Shown: positions 17,731 through 26,565, numbered from the stretch's first letter. The stretch is DNA of 43,950 nucleotides from a virus (IMGVR_UViG_3300032216_000553:1-43950); one strand, 5' to 3'. Made by a program: numbers and translations. The notes: generated by a model from the letters alone, not told the origin.

Positions 17731-19287
17731 TCATCTTAGTATTTCCCCGTAGAGGTCAATGATTCTGTTGTGGATGTCCACCTTGTTTTCCAGCATCCGG
17801 TACATGCGCTTCTCGACACCACTGCCTTGTAGATGAACAACCACTGACGGGTTTTTCTGCCCTGCGCGATGCACTCGGGCGTTACATTGCAAGTAAGTCT
17901 CCACGGACATCACCGGACTCCAGTAGACAATCGTATTAGCCGCATGCAGGGTCACCCCGTGCGATGCTGCCTGTGGTTGTATGACCAACACTCGTAGGTC
18001 ATCTTTGGTTTGGAACCGCTCAAAAATTTCTGAACGCTTCCCTGCTGATACACCACCGTGAATGATGGCTGTCGGAAACCCATGCTGACGTAGGTCTTCA
18101 GCAACTACTTCGATGGCATGTCTGTATGGCACAAACACCAACACCTTGTGGCTAGACTCCTCCACTACTTCACGTAGAACCGCCAGTCGGTTGCTTGCGT
18201 CAAACTGAATCACTTCACCAGTGTCGGAATACACCGCGCCACCGGATAGTTGTAGTAACTTATTCAGATTAGCTGCCGCATTGACTGTCGTAATCTCCTC
18301 ACCAGCGGCTTGTACGATCAAACGCTTGCGTAGCAGCTCGTAGTATTTCTCTTGCTGTGCAGTAAGTGGTACGTCTCGCGTTACATAAGTCATCTCGGGC
18401 AAGTCCAAGCATTGCTCTTTTGTAAACCGAATAGCTGGCTGTAGCGCACGATGGACAACTTGTTCCGAATCTAGCTTCGGTATCCATTTGAACTGACTGA
18501 TCTTGTGCATTACCTGATCACGGAAGCCACCAAAGAACCGTGGGATTCCCTGCGGGTTAACCAACTTGGCGATGCCGTAAGCATCCAGCGGTGACTGCGA
18601 TGCGGGGGTGCCTGTCAGCATCCACAACCACGTGTCTGGCTTAAGCAAGTTGTTCAATACCTTCCAACGTCTTGTAGAGGGATTTTTATAGGCGTTAGCC
18701 TCGTCAATAACGATGAGGTCAAAACCACCCTTGGCGATGTCATTGGCAACAATCTCCACACCGTCATAGTTGACGATCACATACTCAGCACCCCCTGCGA
18801 TGATCTCCCTACGTTTCTCCGGTTTGCCGTAGGCAACGTCTACCTTGCGGTGCATTGCGAACTTGAACAAGTCATTGCGCCATGCCGAATCCATGATGGA
18901 CAACGGGCAGATAACCAGCACCCTCTTGATGATGCCCTTCGACATCAGATAGTCCGATGCCCAAATTACCGAACCTGTCTTGCCTGTGCCCTGCTCGTTA
19001 AAACAGAACGACCGCCGGTGCATCGTCAAGAAAGACGCTGTAACTTTTTGATGGTCAAACGGTTTATAGAGACCCGGCCATTTGTATGTAGCGTTGATGG
19101 GTGAAGGTACATCCTTGATCTTGAGATTCTTCAAAACGATGGACTCTTCCAAATCCCAATTGACCAACACCTCCGCAACTTCGCCATCATCTGCCAACAC
19201 CTTGCTCTTTGGTATCACCGTGGTGATACGGTCAGGGTTGCGTACCTTTAGCAGTAAGGCACGGTTATCTATGATCTGCATCGTCAC
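17731..19287 (-). CDS. SNF2-family helicase
   Basis: EQGTGKT, VIDEA, LTGTP, GVTL and ARVHRAGQ motifs. Confidence 0.9.
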   Translation of the reverse strand: MTMQIIDNRALLLKVRNPDRITTVIPKSKVLADDGEVAEVLVNWDLEESIVLKNLKIKDVPSPINATYKWPGLYKPFDHQKVTASFLTMHRRSFCFNEQGTGKTGSVIWASDYLMSKGIIKRVLVICPLSIMDSAWRNDLFKFAMHRKVDVAYGKPEKRREIIAGGAEYVIVNYDGVEIVANDIAKGGFDLIVIDEANAYKNPSTRRWKVLNNLLKPDTWLWMLTGTPASQSPLDAYGIAKLVNPQGIPRFFGGFRDQVMHKISQFKWIPKLDSEQVVHRALQPAIRFTKEQCLDLPEMTYVTRDVPLTAQQEKYYELLRKRLIVQAAGEEITTVNAAANLNKLLQLSGGAVYSDTGEVIQFDASNRLAVLREVVEESSHKVLVFVPYRHAIEVVAEDLRQHGFPTAIIHGGVSAGKRSEIFERFQTKDDLRVLVIQPQAASHGVTLHAANTIVYWSPVMSVETYLQCNARVHRAGQKNPSVVVHLQGSGVEKRMYRMLENKVDIHNRIIDLYGEILR

Positions 19288-19293
19288 TCCTCG

Positions 19294-19572
19294 TTAAACG
19301 GTTTTGCCTTTGCCGTTAAATTTCGTTGGCACTGCCTTGCTATACGTTGTAAAAGACTTCTGATATGGCTTCTCTGCGGGTGTGATGTAGAAGGGTTCCC
19401 CTCGTTTGATGCCCACCTCACTACGTTTTTTAGAGTTCTGCTTACCCGCTTCCGACTGCCTCAGATGTCGCATGTGGTCTTGCATCTCTTCTGACACTCC
19501 CGCTCTCCAGTTGAAATCGTTATCAAGGCTTCTAACAATCTTTGTGCCTTCCCAAAAATACGGATTAGTCAT
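19294..19572 (-). CDS. Hypothetical protein
   Basis: ATG at 19572 is coupled to the upstream small ORF (MTNPYFWEG...). Confidence 0.55.
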   Translation of the reverse strand: MTNPYFWEGTKIVRSLDNDFNWRAGVSEEMQDHMRHLRQSEAGKQNSKKRSEVGIKRGEPFYITPAEKPYQKSFTTYSKAVPTKFNGKGKTV

Positions 19573-19711
19573 TTGTCTCTTTGTCTTCAGTTGTTGGGGT
19601 TGCGTTTTGTCCGGCTTTGTAGCCCATCTCGTAAGCCAACTCCACTGCATCAATAGCAGACTGGTCAGCGTTGCACAGGCGCAATAGCGCCAGCAGTTCA
19701 TCTTTGGTCAT
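19565..19711 (-). CDS. Hypothetical protein (48 aa, not in ORF track)
   Basis: GGAG SD; MTKDELLALLRLCNADQSAIDAVELAYEMGYKAG...; overlaps both neighbours. Confidence 0.6.
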   Translation of the reverse strand: MTKDELLALLRLCNADQSAIDAVELAYEMGYKAGQNATPTTEDKETND

Positions 19712-19868
19712 CGTCGCTCTCCATGTCTTTAAGCATCTGATTCAACGCCATCAGTTGTTTGGTTTTTTGCATACGCTGTGCATGAAGTATGTTCATTGCA
19801 TCGCCCAAGGCTTGCGTAGCCCCGTACAGTTCAATGATCTCTTCTTTGATTTCCTCTTTGGTTTTCAT
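19698..19868 (-). CDS. Hypothetical protein (56 aa, not in ORF track)
   Basis: AAGGAG SD and ATGA overlap; MKTKEEIKEEIIELYGATQAL... Confidence 0.6.
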   Translation of the reverse strand: MKTKEEIKEEIIELYGATQALGDAMNILHAQRMQKTKQLMALNQMLKDMESDDDQR

Positions 19869-20125
19869 GTGTTCTTCTCCTTGAGTTTGGCTTCTATGGC
19901 TTTAGCAATGACGTAAGGGTCGTATGAAAAAACCTCATAGCAGGCTTGTTGCATCTCATCATCCGTCAACCCAACCCACTTTAGTTTGACACCTGACAAG
20001 ACATTGTCTGCCCTAATCAGGTCTTTCATTAGCTGCTCGTCTTCGTCATGCCAGTTCTCGGGGTATGTCTGTCTGAACGTATCAAGCGTGTCCCACGCAC
20101 GGCGCAATAGGTTGATGTCACTCAT
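19865..20125 (-). CDS. Hypothetical protein
   Basis: WVGLTDDE...AIEAKLKEKNT tail common in small phage ORFs; coupled to neighbours. Confidence 0.65.
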   Translation of the reverse strand: MSDINLLRRAWDTLDTFRQTYPENWHDEDEQLMKDLIRADNVLSGVKLKWVGLTDDEMQQACYEVFSYDPYVIAKAIEAKLKEKNT

Positions 20126-20312
20126 CTTTGCCCCACCTCACTGCTTCTACGCACAGCCGTGTGCCAAGGTATGAAAGCTGGTAGTTATTAACGTCCTTAG
20201 CGTTCCAGTACATCGTGCCGTCTTCATCAAACCAAGCCACGACATAAGGTTTGCCAGCAGGTACGTTCTCAACATGGCGTAAGCCAATGACTTTGTTTTT
20301 GTCTTCAGTCAT
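20118..20312 (-). CDS. Hypothetical protein
   Basis: GAGGAG SD and ATGA overlap (MTEDKNKVIG...). Confidence 0.55.
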   Translation of the reverse strand: MTEDKNKVIGLRHVENVPAGKPYVVAWFDEDGTMYWNAKDVNNYQLSYLGTRLCVEAVRWGKDE

Positions 20313-20536
20313 GTGTTTTTCTCCTCTTTGTTGTGTTTGTAAAGGGCTTCTATCCACAAACCGCCATGAGTAGCCCAACACTCGGGATACTTCTCTCGTG
20401 GCTTCTCTGCTTGCTCTATGGCTTGGCGTAGGGCGGTGATGGCATCCCATGCAATCTTTTCATCGTCTTGATCTTTTGTGTACGTTAATAAATACTCCAA
20501 CGCCTCAAGCGCCTGTTTCATTGCGGTGATGCTCAT
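20309..20536 (-). CDS. Hypothetical protein
   Basis: MKQALEALE...AITALRQAIEQAEK motif; coupled. Confidence 0.65.
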   Translation of the reverse strand: MSITAMKQALEALEYLLTYTKDQDDEKIAWDAITALRQAIEQAEKPREKYPECWATHGGLWIEALYKHNKEEKNT

Positions 20537-20748
20537 GTATTACCCCTTGCTCGGATGGCATCGCCGTATGTGCCACCAGCTTCTTTTAAGATATGGTCAA
20601 CCACCTTCGCACACGCCTCACGCTCGGCCTTGGCAATGTCGTCCACTATGTCGTACACCCTGCGCTTGAACTCGTTGGGCTTGGCGTGATACCACATAGC
20701 CATGTCGTAGAGTTTTTCTACAAATGGTTTAGCTTCTTCGTAAGTCAT
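20533..20748 (-). CDS. Hypothetical protein
   Basis: AEREACAKV...AIRARG motif typical of small phage ORFs. Confidence 0.65.
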   Translation of the reverse strand: MTYEEAKPFVEKLYDMAMWYHAKPNEFKRRVYDIVDDIAKAEREACAKVVDHILKEAGGTYGDAIRARGNT

Positions 20749-20776
20749 ATGTCACTCTTTCTTCAAAGTAAAACGT

Positions 20777-20934
20777 CCTGAACACGGTGTGTGTCAGGTT
20801 CTTATAGGCGACACCTTACGGGTGTCATTCGGTTAGTTCCCCCGCTGAAAGGGAGCGCGGTGCTAACTGGTATGGTTATATTGGGCTGATCTTAAATACC
20901 CTGTCTGCTACCACTCATACCTTACCTCGCAGAC
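20777..20934 (-). ncRNA. Candidate pseudoknotted structured RNA downstream of the HNH gene
   Basis: Helices GUCUGC/GCAGAC, GUUAG/CUAAC, GACACC/GGUGUC and CCUGA/UCAGG; loop GGUAUG is complementary to downstream CAUACC. Confidence 0.5.
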
Positions 20935-20946
20935 TTCATGAACACC

Positions 20947-21273
20947 TCACGATTTTTTGCGTTCCTTCGTGCTTGTCTCGGACACCACTTTGTGGTTTGA
21001 CCCACGTTTGAACGATCTGTTCTTTGACGCACTCTCAATGCGTACACCATTCTTGTTGCTACCGCCTTTGGATATTGCCACACGATGTGCAACATCTTTG
21101 CCTTCGCGGATTTCAGCAGTCTTATCTTTGTCTTTGGGGCTGTCGTAGTTCTTCTTGTCGATTGCTCGTCTTGCACGTTGTCGCTCCATTCGCGCTTCGT
21201 GTGCTTGGGGGCGTAGCTTCTCTAATTCGTATTCACGCTTGACGTTACGGTCAGCAGGGTTCTTGTAAGGCAT
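20947..21273 (-). CDS. HNH endonuclease-like protein
   Basis: KDVAH..AISKGGSN...N..NRS, a beta-beta-alpha-Me-like signature. Confidence 0.7.
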   Translation of the reverse strand: MPYKNPADRNVKREYELEKLRPQAHEARMERQRARRAIDKKNYDSPKDKDKTAEIREGKDVAHRVAISKGGSNKNGVRIESASKNRSFKRGSNHKVVSETSTKERKKS

Positions 21274-21274
21274 G

Positions 21275-21958
21275 TCAATTCCTTCCGTTATGTGAACAAT
21301 CTAATACAGGACACCACGCTTTGCAAGTGAAGTTTTTCTTGGGGTTGAACACCCCAGTTTCATAGGCCGTTTCACGTGAAACAAGCACCTCATCTAGCTT
21401 GGTAAAGATGTCAAACTTTTTGTGGAGGGGAAAGTCCACGGGGATAAAGTCCTTGCAAACTACAAACAATAGCCCTGCTCGGACAAACTCAGTTTCGGGG
21501 TAATGCACAAACACGCATGCTGCCATCAGTGCAAGTTGTTTAGGGTCAGCGTAACGGCTACTCTTACCGGTCTTGTAGTCGATAACACGTGCCTCTTTCT
21601 TTACACGATCAATGATCAGCAAGTCGGCGATGCCCCTGTACCAAACGTCTTTATCAAAGAACCCGCAAGGTGCAAACTTACCGTCCACCTTCTTGATGCC
21701 CATCTTCAGTTCGCAAATCTTTTCCCCATCAATCTTCATCAGCTTCTCAAGCAGAGGCTCCATGTATTTGTATTGCTCGGGGATTGGCTTGCCATCTCGC
21801 ACGTACTCTTCAGCCGCAGTGTGTACCGCAGTGCCATACAACATTGCTTCGCTCTCAGGCTCTTTGATGTCTTTGACCACACGCAAGTGGTAATACTTCT
21901 TAGGGCACTGATCAAACAATGTGATGCTTGAGTAACTCCATGCGGGGCTTTTGCTCAT
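21275..21958 (-). CDS. PD-(D/E)xK exonuclease (Cas4/AddB-like)
   Basis: WSYS..QCP, GTAVH, RGIADL, IDYKTGK, QL motifs and C-terminal CxxxCPxxxC (four-Cys Fe-S pattern). Confidence 0.85.
   Translation of the reverse strand: MSKSPAWSYSSITLFDQCPKKYYHLRVVKDIKEPESEAMLYGTAVHTAAEEYVRDGKPIPEQYKYMEPLLEKLMKIDGEKICELKMGIKKVDGKFAPCGFFDKDVWYRGIADLLIIDRVKKEARVIDYKTGKSSRYADPKQLALMAACVFVHYPETEFVRAGLLFVVCKDFIPVDFPLHKKFDIFTKLDEVLVSRETAYETGVFNPKKNFTCKAWCPVLDCSHNGRN
21368..21383. promoter_or_regulatory. parS-like palindrome
   Basis: cGTTTCACGTGAAACa, 15/16 match to the canonical chromosomal parS TGTTTCACGTGAAACA. Confidence 0.4.
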
Positions 21959-22134
21959 GTGGATTCTTTGATATGTTTGATTGAGTTGTAGGTCAGCTTC
22001 ACTTCTACCATTGCTTCAAGTGCCCGCTCCAGAGCAGTGTCGTAGTCACGCTCCAACATCGCGTTGTGTAATTCCTTCAAGGCTTTCTCAGCCATCATGC
22101 AGGGGTATGCGTAATCAACCAAAGAATTGTTCAT
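21955..22134 (-). CDS. Hypothetical protein (59 aa, not in ORF track)
   Basis: MNNSLVDYAYPCMMAEKALKELHNAML...; fills the gap, with ATGA overlap into the exonuclease. Confidence 0.65.
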   Translation of the reverse strand: MNNSLVDYAYPCMMAEKALKELHNAMLERDYDTALERALEAMVEVKLTYNSIKHIKEST

Positions 22135-22798
22135 AGCGTTCCATTACATCTTTCACCATCGTTATAAACGATGCGTACATTTGAGGGTCTGTTTGTTTGA
22201 GATGCTCAACCCATGCGGTATCACCCAGCATTGCCTTTACCTCATCCCGCTCCTTTTTGACCTTCGCTTGTTTCTCTTGGTAGTCGGTCAGGTTTCTAAA
22301 GTCCACCCATTTTTTGCGGTCGCTGTATTTTGCAATCTCTTGTTTTACTTCTTCGGTTGTCTTAGGGTTTAACGCCTGTCTCAACTTATCTATGCGTTGA
22401 GGGTGCTTCAAATACCGCAGGGCTTTGGCTTCTATCTGCCTGATACGCTCACGACTTACATCAAACCTAACGCCAACTTCTTCCAGCGTGTAGTCTTGTG
22501 TAAGCCCAACACCAAACCGCAAACACAAAACTTTAGCCATCCTCGGGGGCAAACTAAATAAGACTTCCCGAACCGAATTTGCCAACTCTTTTCTATACAA
22601 GATGTCATCAGGCGTCTCATTCGCCACATACTCCGACGGGGGTTGTGGCAACTCGGGCATCATGTCATCGTCTTTGTACCAGTGGTAATAGTACGCACTA
22701 CGCAGTGCAACAGGTGCATCCGCAAGCGTACCGTAAGGTATGGTGTGCCCTGACAATACCTTGCCGTATGGTCTTGGTGTTTGTTTAACAGTCTCCAT
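22115..22798 (-). CDS. Sigma-70 region 4 domain protein (RpoD-like HTH, no region 2)
   Basis: LPPRMAKVLCLRFG...YTLEEVG.RFDVSRERIRQIEAKALRYLKHP closely matches RpoD region 4. Confidence 0.85.
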   Translation of the reverse strand: METVKQTPRPYGKVLSGHTIPYGTLADAPVALRSAYYYHWYKDDDMMPELPQPPSEYVANETPDDILYRKELANSVREVLFSLPPRMAKVLCLRFGVGLTQDYTLEEVGVRFDVSRERIRQIEAKALRYLKHPQRIDKLRQALNPKTTEEVKQEIAKYSDRKKWVDFRNLTDYQEKQAKVKKERDEVKAMLGDTAWVEHLKQTDPQMYASFITMVKDVMERYEQFFG

Positions 22799-24605
22799 AG
22801 CTCTCTCCAAATCCTGCCTCGCAGTTCAGTGGTATGCCTTCAGCCCACGTAGGTGTGTAACGCATACACTCCATCACGTAAGCCATAGCTTCTTTGGCTT
22901 CTTCTTTTGGTGCAATACACGCCACAGCGTCATGCACAGTTAGCACTACCTTATAACGCTTACTTATGTGTATAAGCTGTTCACCAATGATGCAACGTGC
23001 CAAACCCTGACAAATGTTCTCTGTCAATTTGCCACCGTAGAGCTTCGTCACACCCTTGCGTGAGTCATAAATATACTGCTCTTTTCCGTCTTTGTCTTTA
23101 ACTTTTTTGAGGTTTGGGTAGCGTTGATATAAGCTGTTTGGCATCAGAATGCCACCCGCTCCGATAGCCACCGCTCCGTTACCCCACTTGGCAGTTTGAC
23201 CCTTACTCATTGCGGCAATTGCTGATGAACCTTGTGCCCACAGCGCAGGGATTTTGGGGTACGTCTCGCGGTACACACTTATGATTCGTTGGGTTTCCTC
23301 CAGCGATGTGTCAACACCAAACGTCTTGAGCTGCGTTTGGAATTTATTTGCACCCATGCCATATCCCGCACCCAAGATCGTAGTCTTGCCGACAAACCGC
23401 TCCTGTTTGTCAATCGCTTCGACATCCTTGTTATAAATAGCCGATGCCATGATTTTGTATACATCTTCGCCCTTTCTAAATGCTTCGGTTAAATCGTCCT
23501 GTCCAGCAAACCATGCCAGCACTCGCGCTTCGATTTGTGATGAGTCGCAGTCAATGATGACGTGACCCTCGGGCGCAAGGATGGCTGACTTGAGCTTGCC
23601 AGCGTTCTCACCACGTGACGGGAAGTTTTGGAAATTCAGTTTGTCCGAACCACCCCACCGTCCGGTGTGTGCGGCATAGTAAGAGAGGGGAACAGGTATC
23701 AAACCTCTTTCCGCGATGGCCAGCAGGCGCTCTGTACGTGTCTCCTCTAAAGTTGTTTTGTTGCCCAACCTTGCCGCTACCAAAATCTGCACACGTTCAT
23801 CAGGGTGTTCAGCCAACGCTTTGAATCCCTCGTCACTCTTCGCCATAGCCAACGTCTCTTTGCCCGTGGTCGGTGAAATTTTCATGGGGGGTTCAACGCC
23901 CAGTCCACGTAGTAGTTCTGCAAACTTCTGATTCGACATCAGGTCGTCCACAGTTGCACCACTTTCAACCAAGAGCTTGCGCTTGCGTCCCTTCACATCT
24001 ACAAGATGTTGCTGTAACAGCGGTACGTTGAGTCGCAACACCGGCTCTGTGAACATTCGTATGGTAGTGTCAACTAACTTAAGCTCCGTCTTCTGAAACT
24101 GCGGGAGCAAGGTCATGAACAAGTCATACGTCAGGTTCACGTCATTGATACAGTACGCCCCATACTGAGCAAGCTGTTGCTCTGTGAAGTCTTCACGGCG
24201 CAGGTTGATAGCCCACGTGGTGTCGTTGCCCTTCTTGCCTAGTTGGTAGTAGGTAGTTAGCTTGTCCAAGCTGTTGCCCACCTCAGTACCGTGTATCGCA
24301 CGTGCCATGCTCAACGTATCGGCAATTGCTTTAGGTCGGATGTTGAAGTGCCAGTTCAAAATCGCCATGTCGAATAGCGCGTTGTGGGCAATGGCAATAC
24401 TGCTGTTCCAATCGAACCGTGAAAGAAACTCGTGCGTCTCCTCGCGTGTCCCACTGAACCATTCAGTCTCGCCATCACCCACCTTCACCGCCACCCCGAT
24501 CACATGGAATCGAGGGTCACGTACATACTCCTCGGTCGTTTGTTTCTTGAAGCCCAAGTCACCGTTGGTGTAGTACGTCTCAAAGTCTATGGTTAGGATT
24601 TTCAT
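22785..24605 (-). CDS. polA: DNA polymerase family A with 3'-5' exonuclease
   Basis: Exo DFET and HNALFD; HTGRW; motif A DSSQIEAR; motif B RFVGKTTILGAGYG; motif C VHDA. Start moved to ATG 24605. Confidence 0.95.
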   Translation of the reverse strand: MKILTIDFETYYTNGDLGFKKQTTEEYVRDPRFHVIGVAVKVGDGETEWFSGTREETHEFLSRFDWNSSIAIAHNALFDMAILNWHFNIRPKAIADTLSMARAIHGTEVGNSLDKLTTYYQLGKKGNDTTWAINLRREDFTEQQLAQYGAYCINDVNLTYDLFMTLLPQFQKTELKLVDTTIRMFTEPVLRLNVPLLQQHLVDVKGRKRKLLVESGATVDDLMSNQKFAELLRGLGVEPPMKISPTTGKETLAMAKSDEGFKALAEHPDERVQILVAARLGNKTTLEETRTERLLAIAERGLIPVPLSYYAAHTGRWGGSDKLNFQNFPSRGENAGKLKSAILAPEGHVIIDCDSSQIEARVLAWFAGQDDLTEAFRKGEDVYKIMASAIYNKDVEAIDKQERFVGKTTILGAGYGMGANKFQTQLKTFGVDTSLEETQRIISVYRETYPKIPALWAQGSSAIAAMSKGQTAKWGNGAVAIGAGGILMPNSLYQRYPNLKKVKDKDGKEQYIYDSRKGVTKLYGGKLTENICQGLARCIIGEQLIHISKRYKVVLTVHDAVACIAPKEEAKEAMAYVMECMRYTPTWAEGIPLNCEAGFGESYGDC

Positions 24606-24790
24606 TGCTCTCGGGCTTTCAGCATGGCATCCGCTTGTTCGTAACACCACCGCGCAAGTTGTTCTTCGTTTTCATAGACACCGTTACATGCCATGATTCC
24701 TTGTAGTGCCTTAGCTGCAAAGTAATCGCGCATGGTCATGCCAATTTGAGGATTGAAATCTCCTGCTCGTGGAAATGCTGGTTCATTCAT
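24602..24790 (-). CDS. Hypothetical protein
   Basis: PAFP...GMTMRDYFAAKALQG...ADAMLKARE, a widespread small phage protein pattern; AAGGAG SD. Confidence 0.8.
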   Translation of the reverse strand: MNEPAFPRAGDFNPQIGMTMRDYFAAKALQGIMACNGVYENEEQLARWCYEQADAMLKAREQ

Positions 24791-24800
24791 GTCGTTCTCC

Positions 24801-25049
24801 TTAAAAGTTCAATCCAAAAAATGCTGCTATGTAGGGTTCAAACTCCGACTTTTTGAACATGCCCAACTCACCCGTAGGTAAGTAAGTTATGCCAAAAGCA
24901 TCAGGCTCGGTCTTCACGTCCCATATCATGTAGTTACCTACACGCATGTTTAACTGTATGAATGTGGCGTGTGGTAGGTTGAGCTGAGAAGGTTTGTAGC
25001 CCTCGTCTAACTTCGCACGTAACTTCTCGCCCAAGGTCATCTCGCTCAT
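24801..25049 (-). CDS. Hypothetical protein
   Basis: GGAGG SD; coupled. Confidence 0.6.
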   Translation of the reverse strand: MSEMTLGEKLRAKLDEGYKPSQLNLPHATFIQLNMRVGNYMIWDVKTEPDAFGITYLPTGELGMFKKSEFEPYIAAFFGLNF

Positions 25050-25648
25050 CTCACACCTCCAAAGATTTGGTTGAGTTGTTGATAGATCACCTTGGCTTCG
25101 CTGATGCCTAACGAATAGTTCGCGCCATCCTCGGTGCGGATAGTGATAAACATGGTCGTGGAACCGACTGCCAATGGGTGTGTGGCAACACGTTCCACAG
25201 CGGGAGCTACAAAATCTGGGGCCAGAGGAACGACGCTCTTTGTAGTAACTTTTTTAGGACGCCCCCTAGATTTTCGGATGCCTAAGTTCTTGCGGATTTT
25301 GCGCTCTTCATCAGTCAGTGCGGTGTATGCAAATGTTTGACGCTGGTTGTCTTTGCCTACAGTTGTTTCTACGCGCCTCACATAGTGCTTATCGAAAAGG
25401 TATTTGAGTATCGCTGGCACATGGCTCGATGGGGTTGAAGGACTAACCCTCAAGACATGGTTACGTAACTCTTTACCCGTGATCCCGGGGCACTTCTTGA
25501 TAGCATCTATCAAGATATTTGTAGTGTGTTTATGTGCAGATATTTTTTCCACTTTGGGGCTCTCTTCCTGTTTAGGTTCGGATTTAGGTTTTTCGTTCCA
25601 CTCTTGAAACGCTTGTTTGATCTTCTCTTCCATAATCGTGTTCATCAT
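25046..25648 (-). CDS. Hypothetical protein, possibly winged-helix DNA-binding
   Basis: AGGAG SD; PGITGKEL segment and basic RGRPKK stretch. Confidence 0.6.
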   Translation of the reverse strand: MMNTIMEEKIKQAFQEWNEKPKSEPKQEESPKVEKISAHKHTTNILIDAIKKCPGITGKELRNHVLRVSPSTPSSHVPAILKYLFDKHYVRRVETTVGKDNQRQTFAYTALTDEERKIRKNLGIRKSRGRPKKVTTKSVVPLAPDFVAPAVERVATHPLAVGSTTMFITIRTEDGANYSLGISEAKVIYQQLNQIFGGVR

Positions 25649-25941
25649 GCACTCCTTTCTATGTGCTGCATTAACGTATCAACATCTTCGTAGTTGTCCT
25701 CGTTCACCACGATGGCCAACCCACCTGTCTCCTTGATTCGTGCAATGTTCTTCTCCTGTAACGCTGTGGTCTTACCTTTCCCTGCCTTGCACTCAATCGC
25801 AAAGAACCTTCCTTGATAGCACCCAACAATGTCGGGCACACCTGATGCACCGTAGCCGCCTGTCACTGGGTAGAAGTAATAAACTTTGTACCCTTTCAAC
25901 ATAGAAACCACTGTGTTCTTAACTTTTCTCTCCGGTGTCAT
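25645..25941 (-). CDS. VRR-NUC domain nuclease
   Basis: TPE..VK, GVPDIVGC, AIECKA and T.LQ motifs. Confidence 0.85.
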   Translation of the reverse strand: MTPERKVKNTVVSMLKGYKVYYFYPVTGGYGASGVPDIVGCYQGRFFAIECKAGKGKTTALQEKNIARIKETGGLAIVVNEDNYEDVDTLMQHIERSA

Positions 25942-26050
25942 TCACTCTCTCCTTATTAAGTAATTTGAGTATGGCTAAGTAGAACTCGTAGGGGTCAGCA
26001 CCGCACCTAATCCATAAGCTCCTACATTCCATAGGTTGTAACTTCTTCAT
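25919..26050 (-). CDS. Hypothetical protein (43 aa)
   Basis: GAGGA SD; fills the gap. Confidence 0.4.
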   Translation of the reverse strand: MKKLQPMECRSLWIRCGADPYEFYLAILKLLNKERVNDTGEKS

Positions 26051-26068
26051 AGTGGCGCTTCCTCTATG

Positions 26069-26368
26069 TCACTCAGATCGCGTTTTGGTTTTCTTGAGCG
26101 TTTTGATACCACCTTCGGCATGACTATCTTCCCGTCCTTCACTGTCGGAAAAGGCCAAGTCGGTGTCTGCTTCTTTGTCTTTGGCATTGCGTCTCTCCTG
26201 TCTTACTCGTAGCATTTGTTCTGCAACATCATGTGACCACTGGGCTACACGCCACGGGTCTTTGTCATGCGTTTCAAAATTAAATGCTCCTGTTGACTCC
26301 CTTGCTATCAAGCCCATCATCGCAAGTCCTGCGTATAGGTCGTATAGATTACTCTCGTGTTCGTTCAT
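26069..26368 (-). CDS. Hypothetical protein
   Basis: DLYAGLAMMG...AEQML resembles the 24602-24790 family; AAGGA SD. Confidence 0.65.
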   Translation of the reverse strand: MNEHESNLYDLYAGLAMMGLIARESTGAFNFETHDKDPWRVAQWSHDVAEQMLRVRQERRNAKDKEADTDLAFSDSEGREDSHAEGGIKTLKKTKTRSE

Positions 26369-26565
26369 TTGGTTTTCCTTGCAACGTGTAACCACGTAGG
26401 TTCTTGAAGCGGCACAACTAATGCGGGTGTTTCTTTACCGCTAGGCGGTAACCACCCATACTTGCGCCATGTTGATTGCACATCCGCACCGCTTGTCCAC
26501 TTGAAGTCAGGATGACCTGCGGGAATCCAAGGGTACGTTTCTTTCATGACTTTGATTGTGTTCAT
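26365..26565 (-). CDS. Hypothetical protein
   Basis: FKWTSGADVQSTWRKYGW.PPS; coupled. Confidence 0.65.
   Translation of the reverse strand: MNTIKVMKETYPWIPAGHPDFKWTSGADVQSTWRKYGWLPPSGKETPALVVPLQEPTWLHVARKTK

Noticed and set aside
24606-24650. ORF-track N-terminal extensions (polA from 24650; similarly 17723, 19701, 20450, 34155, 40116)
   Set aside because: Downstream ATGs have SD sequences or stop/start coupling, and the extensions mostly overlap other genes or regulatory sites.
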